A DNA stretch of 64,000 nt, taken from NCBI RefSeq assembly GCF_008831285.2, contig NC_045138.2, forward strand, positions 20,336,001 through 20,400,000, in the 5' to 3' direction. The position numbers and the translations under genes are program-made. This DNA is from Nymphaea colorata (taxonomy: Eukaryota). Below, piece by piece: positions 25,385 to 39,338 of the stretch. The stretch's first letter is position 1; every line of letters starts with the position of its first letter. Under the pieces are notes generated by a model that saw only the letters and a program-made list of their open reading frames with translations, was not told the DNA's origin and ran no database searches.

Positions 25385-28300
25385 GAGGTACGTCAACTAA
25401 AACTTCTTCGTTTCAGCTTTCGACTTATGTCATTTTTTGGAGACTTGGGGCCTTCTATAGCAAGAGAGAGAGAGAGAGGTTCTTTAGCGGGTGGGTTCTG
25501 AAATTTTGTTTGTTTTCTTCTTGCAGCCTGATACATATATATATGTCTCCAAAGTATGTGTAGATTTCCTGGAGAACAGGAGGTGAAGTGTGATTGAAGG
25601 TGAAGAAGTTGATCTGTGAAGATATTTTTTTGGGGATGGAGGGAAAGATGTTAGCCAGATGGTATATTTTAAAGTCATTCCCCCAGTCTGTCACCAGAAA
25701 AAGATGAAAAAAAAGGAAAGAGCTAGAATGTATAAATATAAATTTTTGTTTTTCCTTTTCTCTTTTGTGCTTTCAGTTGTTTATTTTGAACGAAGTTCTA
25801 CCCCCGCCTTTTCCCCCACCCCCCGTGATCCTCCCGGCAATGGGGAGATTTGTACAGTGATGACCAGAGTGCCTTCACGTGGTCTTCGCTGCCACAATAA
25901 AAGGGAAGAGTGAATAATAAATTCTTTTGTGTTTATAGCAACTGTGGTAAATGCATTTCTCAGAATGTTCAAACATCTGCTCCTTTCCCTTTTCCTTGTC
26001 CTCTCTTTTATGCTTTTCTTCTGTACAGGTGGAAAACTTCTCCCTTCTCCTTTACTTTAATTGACCACCGACTGAAATTTTCAGAGCTCTTTTGCTTGTT
26101 AGCACAGAAGGGTAATCCTCATTCAGAGGACGTTCTCCAACAAACACACAAAAGGTGGCTTTTTCCCTTCTGTTTCTTATGACCCATCGAAATTTTTTGC
26201 CTACAAGTTGCGAGCCGTCGATGTGGTTGACATGGAAGAGTTGGTCATGTGGTATCTTTGCTCTTCCTCTGCCTGATGGCGATGGTGCCAGCTCTCTGCC
26301 CGCTTGCCTTCCCCTTTTGTCTCTTTCACTGTTTAAAGTGGGAGGTGAGCTAGCCTATTATAACACAGGGCCTCCAAACACGTTCACATCATTGCCAGTT
26401 TTATTCTATTATGCGCATCTGTGGAAGAGTCTGCTCAATTCTGGCTCCCTAATATTTTTCGCCAAATAATATCACAATTACCTTTTTTTATAAAGGAAAA
26501 TGGCGTCATCGAGCTTGTATTTTTTATGGGTTCTCACAGCAATCTTTGGAGTATTCATTTTATTAAATTTTTAAAAAAAAATCTGCATATATCGGCCGAC
26601 ATATTGCAATTTGGCATGTCTAAGCCTTATATGGGCCATTGTGACTCTCTTGTCATTCCGATTCGTTTCGGGCATGAGGTCGTGGGCACCGATACGCATG
26701 GATATTTCAGGCGAAATAGGGCCTACAAATGACCCCCTGTTTGGAATTTAGCCTTCATTCCACCATCTCTAAGGAGAAACGTGGGAATCTTTTCCCCCTC
26801 GAGGCTTTAGTCACGTCACGCGTTGCCTTTCCTTTCCCTTTCAGTGATATTATTGTTCTTATTATTATATTGGTAAAGCTTTTCCATTCGGACTTGCATT
26901 TGCAGATCTTTCAAATGCGTACTTATATTTTTGAGAAATTCGGAAACGGCACCAAGCATTTGTTACTTAAAATAAAAAGGAGAAAAATTAAAATAAAAAA
27001 GTTTCAAAAAAAAATAAATTTTGGGAGATGGTAAAGAGTAGATATTCCAATAGTGCGGTTTAACTAAATCGCCTCTCAAACAGGTTCTTAGCGTACTATC
27101 AATTACACAAGTATAATAAATTTTATTTTCTCAGACAACATATTGAACTCGTGACTTGATGAGCACAATTAAAAATCAAAGGCATCTACCAAGTTCACCT
27201 TGCTAAGCCTATTAGAACAGTTCATCACACAGACAATTCTGACTATATATATATATAGCCATTGACCTCCATCCAATCATGGCCGACAAATATGATTAAA
27301 CATACGGGTCGATGCAATGGGCAGTGACCGGAAGATTTCTCTGTCCAAATCCAAATGGAAAATCCATAAATCCTATAAACACATGCTTCTTAATTTTCTA
27401 TTATCATCACCAACTAATTGAAAGAAAAAAGAGATGGAAGGCGCTCAATTTGTCAACGTATGATGTAAGTCATTGGAACTAGAGGAGCTGTCGATTCCTG
27501 ACCTACTGAAACTTGATCAACAAGAGTTATGTGCAGCCATGGCATCCGATCTCTCTCACCCACCAAACAACCTTCCTCCGTCATCCCTTCATCACCACTC
27601 CTCTTCCTTCCCAAGGGAAGAAGAGTGGAAGGATCTCACTGTCGTTCGTCCATCTTTCTCTGTCACTCTCTGCGTTAACTTCATCCTGCAAGCGAGTGTA
27701 CGCTTCGAATCATCAAAAGGGAAAGCGATATCAGAACACGTTTTGGAGGTTTCAGGTCTCACTGTTCGAGCATTTTCATCTCATCAAATTCAACCTATTT
27801 GAGTGAATTTTCATGATATTTTTATCACTATATTTTTGCACAGTATGCATCTGCTTATATATGAGAGATCTTTTGTAACAACTCAACCTACTCCCACACT
27901 AAGCTCGATCTCCTAGTTTCGCATCTCCTAGTCCCTTCAGCAAGTTAGGTTTCTGTCTCAAAAAGGCAATGAATCAAATTCTTTATCTAACCCCTTTATA
28001 TCTATGAACTTTCAATGTGGGAAATAAACTTTTTAATAATTGGGTGTTTTACTGGTTTCATTGTCTAATTCATCTACACAAATTTGGTTGGAGTGTCCCA
28101 AACTGCAAATTTCAACAAAAAACATATCCTGCGATGTCTGACTTAGATGCTTGTTTTTAACTCGATGTCTCAAACTTTGCATGTTGGAAAATAAGAAACT
28201 TCAGCTTCAAGCCTCTGTAACACACAAACACACACACACACACACAAAAAGAGAGAGAAGTCAGCAAGGTTGTACTCTTATTGGTAAAAAATTTAGCCAC

Positions 28301-28864
28301 CGTTGCTAGAATGAAATTCCAGTGCAGTACGGTTTTAAACATGAATGAATATGAATAAAGTATGAAATACGACCCGCTGCAACCTAACTAAGGAATCCGT
28401 ATAAGTTGGTCCAAGCTACCAAGGTCGATGGCTTAAAAAAAGAAAAGAATTATTGAAGTCGAATAATTGAACGGGTTCACATGTTGAAGGTGAAAGATTA
28501 GCTTGTCCTTTTCTTTGATAATCGAGAAGATGCTCTTTGCACCAAGTTTTAATCATTCTTCAAGAAAGAAAGCTCCTTGAACCCAAAAATGTGTACACCA
28601 AATTAAGCACCAATAAGATTTAAAGCCATGACCAGCAGCCTACTGGAGAAGACCCTATCTTTGTGCCCACTCCTTGAATTAACATAGCTGGTCGAGCAAA
28701 CTGACATGTAAACAGTGTGTCATCGGTTCTATTCTCGTGAATACTACTCATCTAGACTGCAAAGAGTGGCATTACAACCACCAAAGTCCCGAAACAAGCC
28801 TTGAACCCACACCGCCCTTCCCTTTCCTTTTGGGTTTGTTAGATTCTGTCTTTAGTTACTATAA

Positions 28865-29180
28865 TGGCCTGTTTGAATATATGGAATTTTACTGTAGAGC
28901 TTAAACTTTAGTTCAAATTCAACGGAAAGTTCCAGCTGAAGACAAATACTAAACTTTAGACCTGGAGTTTTGGAGCTATTATGAATCTTTAGTGCTGGCA
29001 TTAAATTCCACTTAAATGGGTAGAGCTTTAATGTTGTGAGAAATTTTTTTATATGTTAACATCTCAATGCCCGAAAGAATGGTTCCATGAAATCAAACAG
29101 ATGGGGTAAATGAAAGGTGAGGCAAAAATTCAAACAAAAAAAGACACTAAACATTTAGTTCTATATATTCAATCGGGCCT
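28865..29180. mobile_element. Tourist/PIF-Harbinger-type MITE
   Basis: TIRs GGCCTGTTTGAATATATGGAA / TTCTATATATTCAATCGGGCC, with TAA on both flanks. Confidence 0.75.
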
Positions 29181-30657
29181 TAAGATTATATGCATACCAT
29201 CCAAACATAGAATGACTCACAATGATCTGAGGTCCCCTCTGGTTCTCACCCAAATCACAAACTTTCCCTAATCAATGCAAGTGTCCGGTTTTTGCCCTAG
29301 GAGACTGATGCATTACTTCCTTGGACAATGTACATAATAGCAATGAAGCCAGAACTGAATATGGTGTATACACCTAAAAGAATATCTGTAAATGGTGAAT
29401 TAGTTACAAAAGCTCCATATTTTCAGACTCAAAACCAAATGTATAAAAGTTATTGAGGTAAGGAAAAGCAAGTACAAACCTTCAGGAGCATAGCGTAGCT
29501 GGTCGAGCTAGAGGCCTGTATAAAGGTAGGTGTCTAATTTGATTATCGTATGCTCATGTTTCTGTGTCTTAAGATGGTAAGATGCGACATCCAAGTTGAA
29601 AGCTGCACTAGAGAGAATGAAGAGGCCTTTGAGCCTTGCTTCGAGTGGTAGGATGAACCTCTCGCTCACCCTCAAAAGTCCAGAAATAAGGTATGGAAAG
29701 GGCCCACACTCCATTCCGCCCTAATCGGAAAGTCAGATGGGAGAAATTATCAAAGTGATGGGTTACAGGGATATCTTGAGTACCAACAACAGGAAGCAGT
29801 TGAAGCTTAACCATCATTCAAAGTCCCTGAAGCCAACAGAGAGAAAAGTGCTTTGGTCACGAAAAAGAAAATCTACAGATCAGTGATTCACATTGTCGCA
29901 CCAGAACAACAAATCTATCAAATGTAGGGCTGCATGAGAGCTGAGACAAGCCGAGCTGGCCCAACTCCAGCTTGATAGAACAAAGTCAAGCTAGACCCAA
30001 AGTGAAGCTCAAACTCGACTTATTTAACTCATTTATGTTAAGCATGTCATATTTCTTTTAACTCGTCTAGTTGCTACTTGTTTAACCATTTTCTCATTAT
30101 AACTGAACATTCACTATATAGTCGAGCCACATCAAATTTTGACGAGCAAGTTCAAGTCGAGCTTTACTCAAGTGAACATTAAATAGGGGAGTTCGCCACA
30201 ATAAACGTCAAACCATATTTAGCATCCAGAACCTTGAGCTAACAATAATAAAAAAGCAAAAGCGGTTTAATGGAGTACCGGGGTGCAGTATGATCGCACT
30301 TGAACTCGTGGCGAAACAAGTATTACAACCTACTACTAGGAAACATGGCAATGGAAGATGTTGGATGGGACATAGCGATGATACAGAATTCAAGGAGACA
30401 AAATTCAAGAAGCAACGCATGAAAATATACAATCGGAAGAAAACCTAAAGAACATGTTCTAATTGATATGAACATAATGTACACTAGAGAAAACTGTAAA
30501 GAAGAAAAGGCAACAAATAACCAACAACTGAGTGAAAGACCATTTTAATAAATGGCTCCAAAAACAAAAGAAAGAACAGAAAAAGAAACTTCAAAGAAAA
30601 CAAACAAAATTGGGAAACCTCCCATTTGACAACCATTTTAAACAGAGTTCTCCATAT

Positions 30658-33600
30658 TCATCTCTTCCTCTTGGCACCCCCTGAGCCTCGAGCAGTCTTC
30701 TTCTGGGCAGAACCTTTTGAGGCTGCTGCTTCCGAACTCGTGGTTGCTCCATTTTTCAAATCCAGCTGCACTTGTATTCCTGTAATTATGGAAAAGAAAA
30801 AATATATAAAGAGCACAGTATCAATATTTGGAAACTACGTGAGGCCAAACAACAGATGTAAAGGAGTCACCTTTTGATTTGTCATTCTGAAGAGAGAGTT
30901 CCACAGGTCCATCTTCCTTGGCACCAGATTCTAACAAGAGAGGAAAACATGCAAACAAACCATCATAAGCAACAAAGCTTGCAGCCTTTTCAAATATATT
31001 GTCCCAATCATCATGCATATGCTTCACGTGCAGTGCAGGCATTTTCAGGCAAGAGCTTTTTTCCATTTCTAACGCAAGCTAAAGAGTAACCACATCTGAA
31101 ACATGATATTTGGTCGCACTCCTGGTATAAAATCTCGTGGCTGATACCCGCACTCCCAAGGCCTATGCCTGCTTAGGCTTGGGCAGAGGGTGGTCCCTTG
31201 GGACTTAACCACTAACTGATTTTCCTGAAACTGAGCCCAACCCACTGAACCAACCCTCCTGGGCTTTTCCAAAAAATATGGGAAGATTGAAGATGACACA
31301 GAATGTAAGCTAAGGAAAGGTTACGTACCAGGGTCTTCTGTGTCTGGTGATTCTTCTTCATCATCTTCCACCAAAGCATCACCTTTCTCTTCTACGACAC
31401 CATCTTCCACAGGCTCTAATATTGCTGCAATCCTTTTCTTTGGAGCCTTTTTCTGCCCTGGAAGGGTGATTAGATCTGCTACACGAACAATGCGAGAACT
31501 GCTTCCTTGCTTGTATGCCTTTGTAAGTGCAGACTTTACAGCTGGTTGTATCCCATCCAGCGGATTAGGATGTCCCTATAAATTAATCAACAGTCAGTGA
31601 AATCGAAGAAATGGAAAAATAGTGAATCATGAAAACCAACCATTTCAAGTAGAGAGGATTTTGGTGAAATACACAAAATTACATAAAGTTAAGTGACAAT
31701 TTACATTTAAGAACAACTTTGCACTGCCCACCTACACTACAGATTCAAAAAACTTTAACATAATCAGAAAACTACTTCACCAAATGAATAGCTGGATCAT
31801 TAACAACATATACACCAATGTCTACACTCTAAAGTGACATCTTTTAGAGAGAGAGAGAGAGATTTTGCTGTTCAGCACCAGAATTTTATGTGCTTTTATT
31901 CTCAAGCCCATCTGTGTCAATGATGTGTATTAATTATTAAAGATCTCTCTCTCTCTATATATACATATATAGGGAACAATAAATAATGATTTTCAGTCTG
32001 CAGAACAGAATTTGTAAAGGCTTTTAGCTCTTTCCACTTAAAAATAAATAATGCTTTAGGTCTTTCCACTTATAAATCCAATTACATATTGAAAATGATT
32101 ATATTTTCCATCCTACTTTTTTGGAAATTCTGGGTCCACTTATGTGGTTAGAATGTAGATTTATCAAAGAAAACGTTGAGAATTACAAGCTGTACATTTA
32201 ACTGCACATGTGTGTGTGTGTGCGCGTGTGTGTCCAGGCAAACATTTTGACAATATAGCTTGTAATTGCAGAAAAGTAAAAAATAAAAATATGTAGGTTC
32301 ATCTAGATCAAAAGAATTTCAGATAGTTCAACAAGTTTCCAGGCACATATGTGAACCTCAGAATTTGATACATAAAAGAACAGAACCTGGAACTTGGATA
32401 ATTCAACAATTGTGTCAAAATCCTCCTGACTCATTGAGTATGCATCCATGAACTCCACAACCTCTTGAACTGCAGCATCCTGTATGTACAAATTGAGACA
32501 ATAGCTTTTAGAACATTTTTCCAAGCCACAGAAACGGAATGCACTCTCAATATGAGCTTTGACGTTCCAAACCTTAGGCATCGTGCGAAGAGGATCAGTC
32601 ATTCGCTTCAAGAGAAGTGGGAAGTAATCAAGGCGCATTGTACCCCTATGCAGTACAACAAAAGGTTTAGAATACGAAAATAGTCTTGAAAGAAAACGTA
32701 CAAAGTTGTTAAACCAATGTCGCAACATGACAGTAGGCCCAGGTCAGTGAAAAAACATAAAGAACAAAGAAAGAAAATCAGCCCAATAAGCTCAACCTAT
32801 TGGAAATAAAAGGAATGATTGGATTAATTCATGCATTCAAAATTCCAATACAGATCACCAGGCATAGATACTGACAAGATACACACTATCACCATATTGA
32901 CTCAGACACATGGTTACTAGGCTACAGCTTGGCTTATAATCTTAACGTCTAGAGAAAATTTATGAAAAATGTATGTGCACTAAAGCACAGAAAATTGAAA
33001 CGATAAAAAATAGTGTACCACAAGGAGAAAGAAGGTGGTGATTGGGAAATAATTACGTTTCAATGTAGTGCAGGAAGCTCACAGACACTGACAAAATTGT
33101 ATCTTGTAGATCATATGCATTAGGCAACCCTCTCCAATAGCCACTTCTGACCCAACCCCTTCCCTCCAAAGGCACAACTATATATGTGCAGACATCATTG
33201 CAAGAGTGCAGTTGTTTTACCAGTTCAAGATGGCTTTATTAGTATCGCTTTGTATGAATGGTAACAATGTATGCAGAGAATGGTTTCATATGGTTTACAT
33301 TAAAACTTAGCAACCTATTCAACTGGAGGTATATATATTCAAGACGTTACCTGTCTGCATCAGAAGCACGAGAAGCCATAAAATGAATATGAACATCATC
33401 CAATAGCCTCAGATTCTTTCCCATGGTTGAGTTTTTCCCCAGCCATCCACCAAACCTATTAAAATTTCGCTCTCCCTGAAAGGCAAGATTAACCAGAAAC
33501 ACAAAAAGGCTTTATGGATAATGTAGATGTTACTAGAAAGAACTTTTGAAGTATAGACATAAGATATTTGTTTCATAGATGAGGGTGCACTGTAATTTAC

Positions 33601-36600
33601 CTGCTCAAGGATCTCCCTCTGGCCATGCAACAATGCAGCACTAGCAGAACAAGCAAGCCAATCAATATCATCAGGCAGAAAGAGGCCAGACATAAAGAAA
33701 TTTGAAAGCATTGAACTCAGGAAACCTACGGAATAATACAAGATGCAAGAGAACCAGATTGTGATAGTTGCCATTGACGATATCTACGGATTTGCACATT
33801 GATTATGTCCCCATCTCCAATGGATTCAGCAGCACGAGCAATTAATTTCATGCGTTGAACACCACTGTCATCTTTGCTTCCCAAACTAGGACGATAATTG
33901 ATGTAATTTTCCTTGCATAAGAGAAAGATTTGAATAAGAGGAGCATACAATCACACAACATTATGAATTTGAAAGTCTCACTAATAATAAGAGAAGAAAA
34001 AATGAAACATGACCATCAGAAGTTGCATAGAAGGCCTGGATGGGCCAGATACCAAACACGAATACCTGTTGATCCCAGTTACATACTTCTTATATACTAG
34101 GAATGAGAAGTTACCTTCATTTACAATAACTGAATAAAAACAACTAGAGGAAAACGGAAATTCCAAAGATATAACGTCTTAAAAAAATCTTCACACATAT
34201 TAGCTTATCGAAACTTAAAACCTAATAGTTTATAGAAACTTGAAGACCTCCCATACCTTTAAAAAACAAAATATGATAAACCCCATAAATTCAATCATAA
34301 AGATAAGAAAAAACCACTAATTAGGGCAATGAATAAGAAAAAATAAGGCTGCTTGCAGAAAACCAATTACTTGGAAACTGCCCAGATCAGGTCATCAAGT
34401 TGCATGAATGGCGACAACAGTGATGATGCTTGGACGATAATGTCTTGCACCTAAACCCAGCCAAGAAAAACATGAAATGAACTCAAATAAACTGTCTACC
34501 TGAATAAGAAGAGGGACAAGATCAGGGTCACTCATGCTTAGATCGATTCTCTCATCCATCCGCAACTTTCCACCACCATACCCGAAGAGCCTGAATAAAA
34601 GCTATTCAGGTGAGAACCTTGAGCAGAACACTTCCATGGCAAGAACACAAGAAAATATGGCTTGCCTTTTGAGCAAATTAGTCAGTATAAACAAAAGTAA
34701 ACACAGGTTAAAAATTCTTAGACTTCACACCAAGAGGTTCATCATCCAAAAACTACAAGATGACTTAAAACGATTATACAGCAACGGCATAATAAATTTT
34801 ACTCCTCTCAAAATTATTTATTTACAGGAGTCGCAACATTTTAGGCCTAGATTGCATCTGGTGCTATAATCAACAATCTAGAAGTAATATACATGCTACG
34901 GAAAGGAAACAAAATACTTGCATCAGAAAGACAAGTGAAAGATGATCGAACTTGCCAACAACTGAACTAAACATTTAGCAAATAGGCAAGAGATGACCTG
35001 GAAAGTTAAAACCATATCAGTATGACTTCTAGACCCTGCTTAAAAGGCTTTCTTTCCACCTTCAGTTGAAATTTACCATTTGCCAAGCAAAAACTGAAGA
35101 GTAGGTTAGCAAATGGTAGTTATCTCCCATTACCTTAAAGGACTGACAGTAAAAATTCATGGCTGCCAAATTTGCTTTGAAGTCAAATAGAATTTCTCCA
35201 ATGTATAATAATCTTATTAATTGGTGGAAGCCTGTATCTCCAGCGACTGTTCACATCTGATAGATATAGAAAAATTCCTCGTTGATATACTCAACAGAAG
35301 CAGAACAAAAGCTCAGAGGTTTGGATGACTTCTGGCCGTTAGCTTGAGAAATGGCCTCTGAAGTTCCAAACATCCTAGCTGAATGGTTGAACGTCCCACT
35401 ATAAGTATCACCAACCCAAAATTTTGATGATCCAAGACAAAACTTGATGGAAACACTATAGTGATTTACCACCATTCAGTTCAGACAAGTGATTGAGAGG
35501 CAATGTCAAAGAAGAAAATTAAAAAAGCTTTCAATGTTAAACCGTTGTAATGGATCCATTAGCCATTTTACTCACCCATTTCCACTATACATTTGTCATG
35601 CTTAAACATAGGGTCTTCTCCCTTCTCATACAAAAGTAATTTAGCATATTCCCTGTTTCTCCCATTCCATATTCAATTGTGTAACCCATATAGAAATGAG
35701 AATACAGTTGCATGAAAACAGGCTAAGGAAATTAAGTATATGTTCTTTCACATTTCAAGATATTTCTTCTTTCCCTTTATATTTTACATTCCTTTAATTT
35801 TGTTTTATAAGCATCTTATGACATGACCTATGATTAGTGATCAGACAAGAGGTTTACTATCGGAGTGGACATGAGTCACACAAGACATAACGTAAGGACA
35901 TTTGGATGACCCAGACAATGGACTTCTGACTATCAGTAGTGGTAACTTCTTTTCCTTTTCCCCTTTTCAGTTTCAATTGGATGGACCATTAGATCATTTT
36001 CCTTTTTTATTACAGCCAATGTTATCCGTGTCGTACGATACGTATCGTCTGTATCAAGATGAACGATACGGTACGCCATAAATTTGCGATAAGCGTGCGT
36101 ATCGCATGTATCGTGCGATACGGGCACCGTATCGTACGATACGGGCACCGTATCGTACGATACGGGCGATACACCCCGTATCGTACGATACGGGAAAAAA
36201 CATAAAATTCCTTATTTTTTAAAAGTTTAAACACTTCTCCCTCCCTCTCTTCTTGTATTTAAAGACTCCAATAGACATAGGAGGGAGAGATTTTGCCTAT
36301 TTTCATAAAAATTAACCGAGGATTCATCAATTTGGGAGATATCATCGTTGAATCATGAAAGATTATGACTGTACGTTTGAACTTATAAAATTGTGATGTA
36401 ATCTAAGTCCTAAAACTCCAAGTCTTAAGACTCTAAGTCCTAAAATTTTATAAAATTTTCAAGTTTAAAATTGTGGATGCTTATGCCTTATTGTGTTAAT
36501 TTGAATATTTGATTTCTTATTTTTGAATGTGTTGTTGATAGCAGTGTTGTACGATACGTACGATACGGGGCTGATACGTACGATACGGGGCTGATACGTA

Positions 36601-39248
36601 CGATACGGGGCTGATACGTACGATACGATATGTATCTTTTACAAAATACGATACGATACACGCCCCGTATCGTACGATATGGGTTGATTTCAAAAAATGG
36701 GTGCTGGAACCCCCCTTTTCGAGTTTTTTTTTAAAAACCTGGCCCTTCTTCATTTTTAAACTAGAGATTGTGCTGCCGTGGAGGGAAATTATCGATTTCT
36801 ATCGTTAAATCATCGATTTTCAAAATAAAATCATCGATTAAACCATGGATTTGTGCTTGGGTGGCTGATTCTCGTTGGGAGGAAAGAGGTTTTTTAAAAT
36901 TGTGAAGATGAAAATGAAGAAGAAGATGGAGATGAGGATGAGAAGTTATGAATGAGAGTCGTGAGTGCTTTCATTTTATATGTATTGACATTGAACATTT
37001 TCACAATTTCATTATCATCTTGTGATGTAATACATAACATCTAAAACTTGTTTTTTGATGTGGTATCTCATAGACTTATGGACATTATGACTTATAAATC
37101 TATGTGTTTTTTGTAAAGAACATATTATTCTTGTTTTTTTACTGATTTTTTATGAAGTTTTTGAATTTTTTTCCTATTTTTTCTGATTTATTAAAAAAAA
37201 CGATACGGTTACGATACGTTACGATATTTTATGATACAGCGTATCTTAAAGTCAGACCGATACGGCTTACGATACACTTTTTACAACATTGGTTGATAGT
37301 ATACACATGAATGTTCCTTATGTATGATGATCTTTTTTATATTTGAATACATTTTTTATTTTTCTTGATTTCTGATTTTTTGTTCATTTTTTTCAGATTT
37401 TTAAGGATTTTTGTCTATTTTTTCTGATTTTTAAATATTTTTTAAAATTAAAAAATTAATTTTACGATATGTTACGCTACGTTTACGATACGTTACAATA
37501 CGGCGTATAGGTCGGCCCGACCGATACGCAATACGCTACGCCTTTTATAACATTGATTACAGCTGCCACCTCAAAAATACTATGTGAGCAAGCACCAGAC
37601 AAGGTGTCCTGTGTGCATGCAGCTCACAAGAAAAAACTTAAAACAGAATGTAACACAAGAAAGGGTGAACACAGAATTCATTGAATCGATATAAAACCAC
37701 AAACAATAAGGACCAATCAAAAAGCTTTCCTTGACAAGAGGACTTAATCCTTTTGATTCAAGGACCCAGGTAACTTAAACTAATTAAGGAAATGAACCAC
37801 GTCATGCACAGAAAAAGACAACGATCAATACAAAGCTGGATGGGAAAAATAAAAAAAACTGACTTAGTATATTATCCAAAAAGGAAAAAGGAACTGGAAG
37901 CCTGAATGTGACAGCCTATCATTGCTCTACTCTTTACTAAGTACAAAGAAGAAATCCTGATACAAAAGACGAGGAATTAACAAATAACAACCACCCAAGA
38001 AGGGAAAAAGAGGTACTCAAAAGAATTGTGTTGTTTCAATAATGGTGAACAGATATCTTTAGCAATGAGACTTTAACCATAGAAGAGGAAAATGTGCAGT
38101 ACTTGTCCACAGCTGTGAAGGGCGAAATATCTTCATCTTTTGCACTAGTACGAAGTCGTTCTCTCACATCACCATAACCGATAACTGACAAAGAAAGACT
38201 CATATACTGCAATTGGTTTAATGCCATTCGCATATCCCCATTAACTCTTTCACCAAGCTCTTCTAAAGCGATCTACACAAACATGAATGGCTCATATCAG
38301 TCCAGCTGGTTAGGAACATCAATTTGGTTTCAGCCCAAAAGGCATGATGCACTTAACATATACAAATTGGAAGAAAACAATGTATTTGAGTTCTGAATAA
38401 TGGGTATAGTTAAATAAAGGCATGGACCAACACATCAAAGAAAAGTTCACTCTCTTTCCATCAACTTACATGAAGCTGCAAAAGAAAATCCACCATGGGC
38501 AAATCATCTCAGCTACTTCAAGGATATTTATCTAATGGAGCTAGGCCCCAAGACATGGAATTTAAACCTGAGACTATTCAGTTATAGAATTGCAACCTAG
38601 ACATCCAGCCATCCCATTTTATTTCACCAATCATGGGCTCTGACTCTAAGAGCCATAAGCATCAAAAAGAAAAGCTAGAAAGCAGAAACTAAAACCTGGT
38701 CAACTTGTAGCCCTTCTGCAGCAGCAACTTGTGACAGCCTCTTTGCCATCTGCGGTTTGAATATATGTTAGAAATCAAACAATTCAAAGGCATGAACAAG
38801 CAAGGGAACCAAAAAGACAATACCAGCAATGTGCTAAAGGTCAACTGGTAATCTCTTAAGTTAACTTCTCCTACCTAAAAACCCACTCTAAAATTTCAAA
38901 TTATCTATCTACTGAAAAAAGGAAAACAAAATCTTCAACATATTCACAAAGTGAGTGAATCTTTCTTCAGGATACACACAACCACATACACACGTACCGC
39001 CCTATCACATGGATCCAAAAAAATGAGGAAAGAAAACCCACATCAAAACAGAGGAAGAAGAGAAAAAAAAATTCTGAAAGAGTATACAAAGGAAAAAGAA
39101 AAGGATGAAGAAAAGAAAAGTTGTTGAAGAAAAATTCTGGGCTCAAATGCCTTGCAAGCCTAGGCACTATATGTCACATGGGTGTAGGGTGCAGTGCGGG
39201 TGCGGACGCAGATTTTCAAAAAATCCAAGTGTGAGTGCAGCGAGGATG

Positions 39249-39338
<90 letters not shown>

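Noticed and set aside
31090..31265. tRNA gene
   Set aside because: It has A/B-box-like motifs but no acceptor stem or cloverleaf, so it is treated as a SINE relic.
36020..36680. Regularly spaced CGATACG repeats resembling a CRISPR or iteron array
   Set aside because: There are no unique spacers of constant length. The repeats are bounded by TIRs and TSDs, so they are hAT subterminal repeats in a plant genome.
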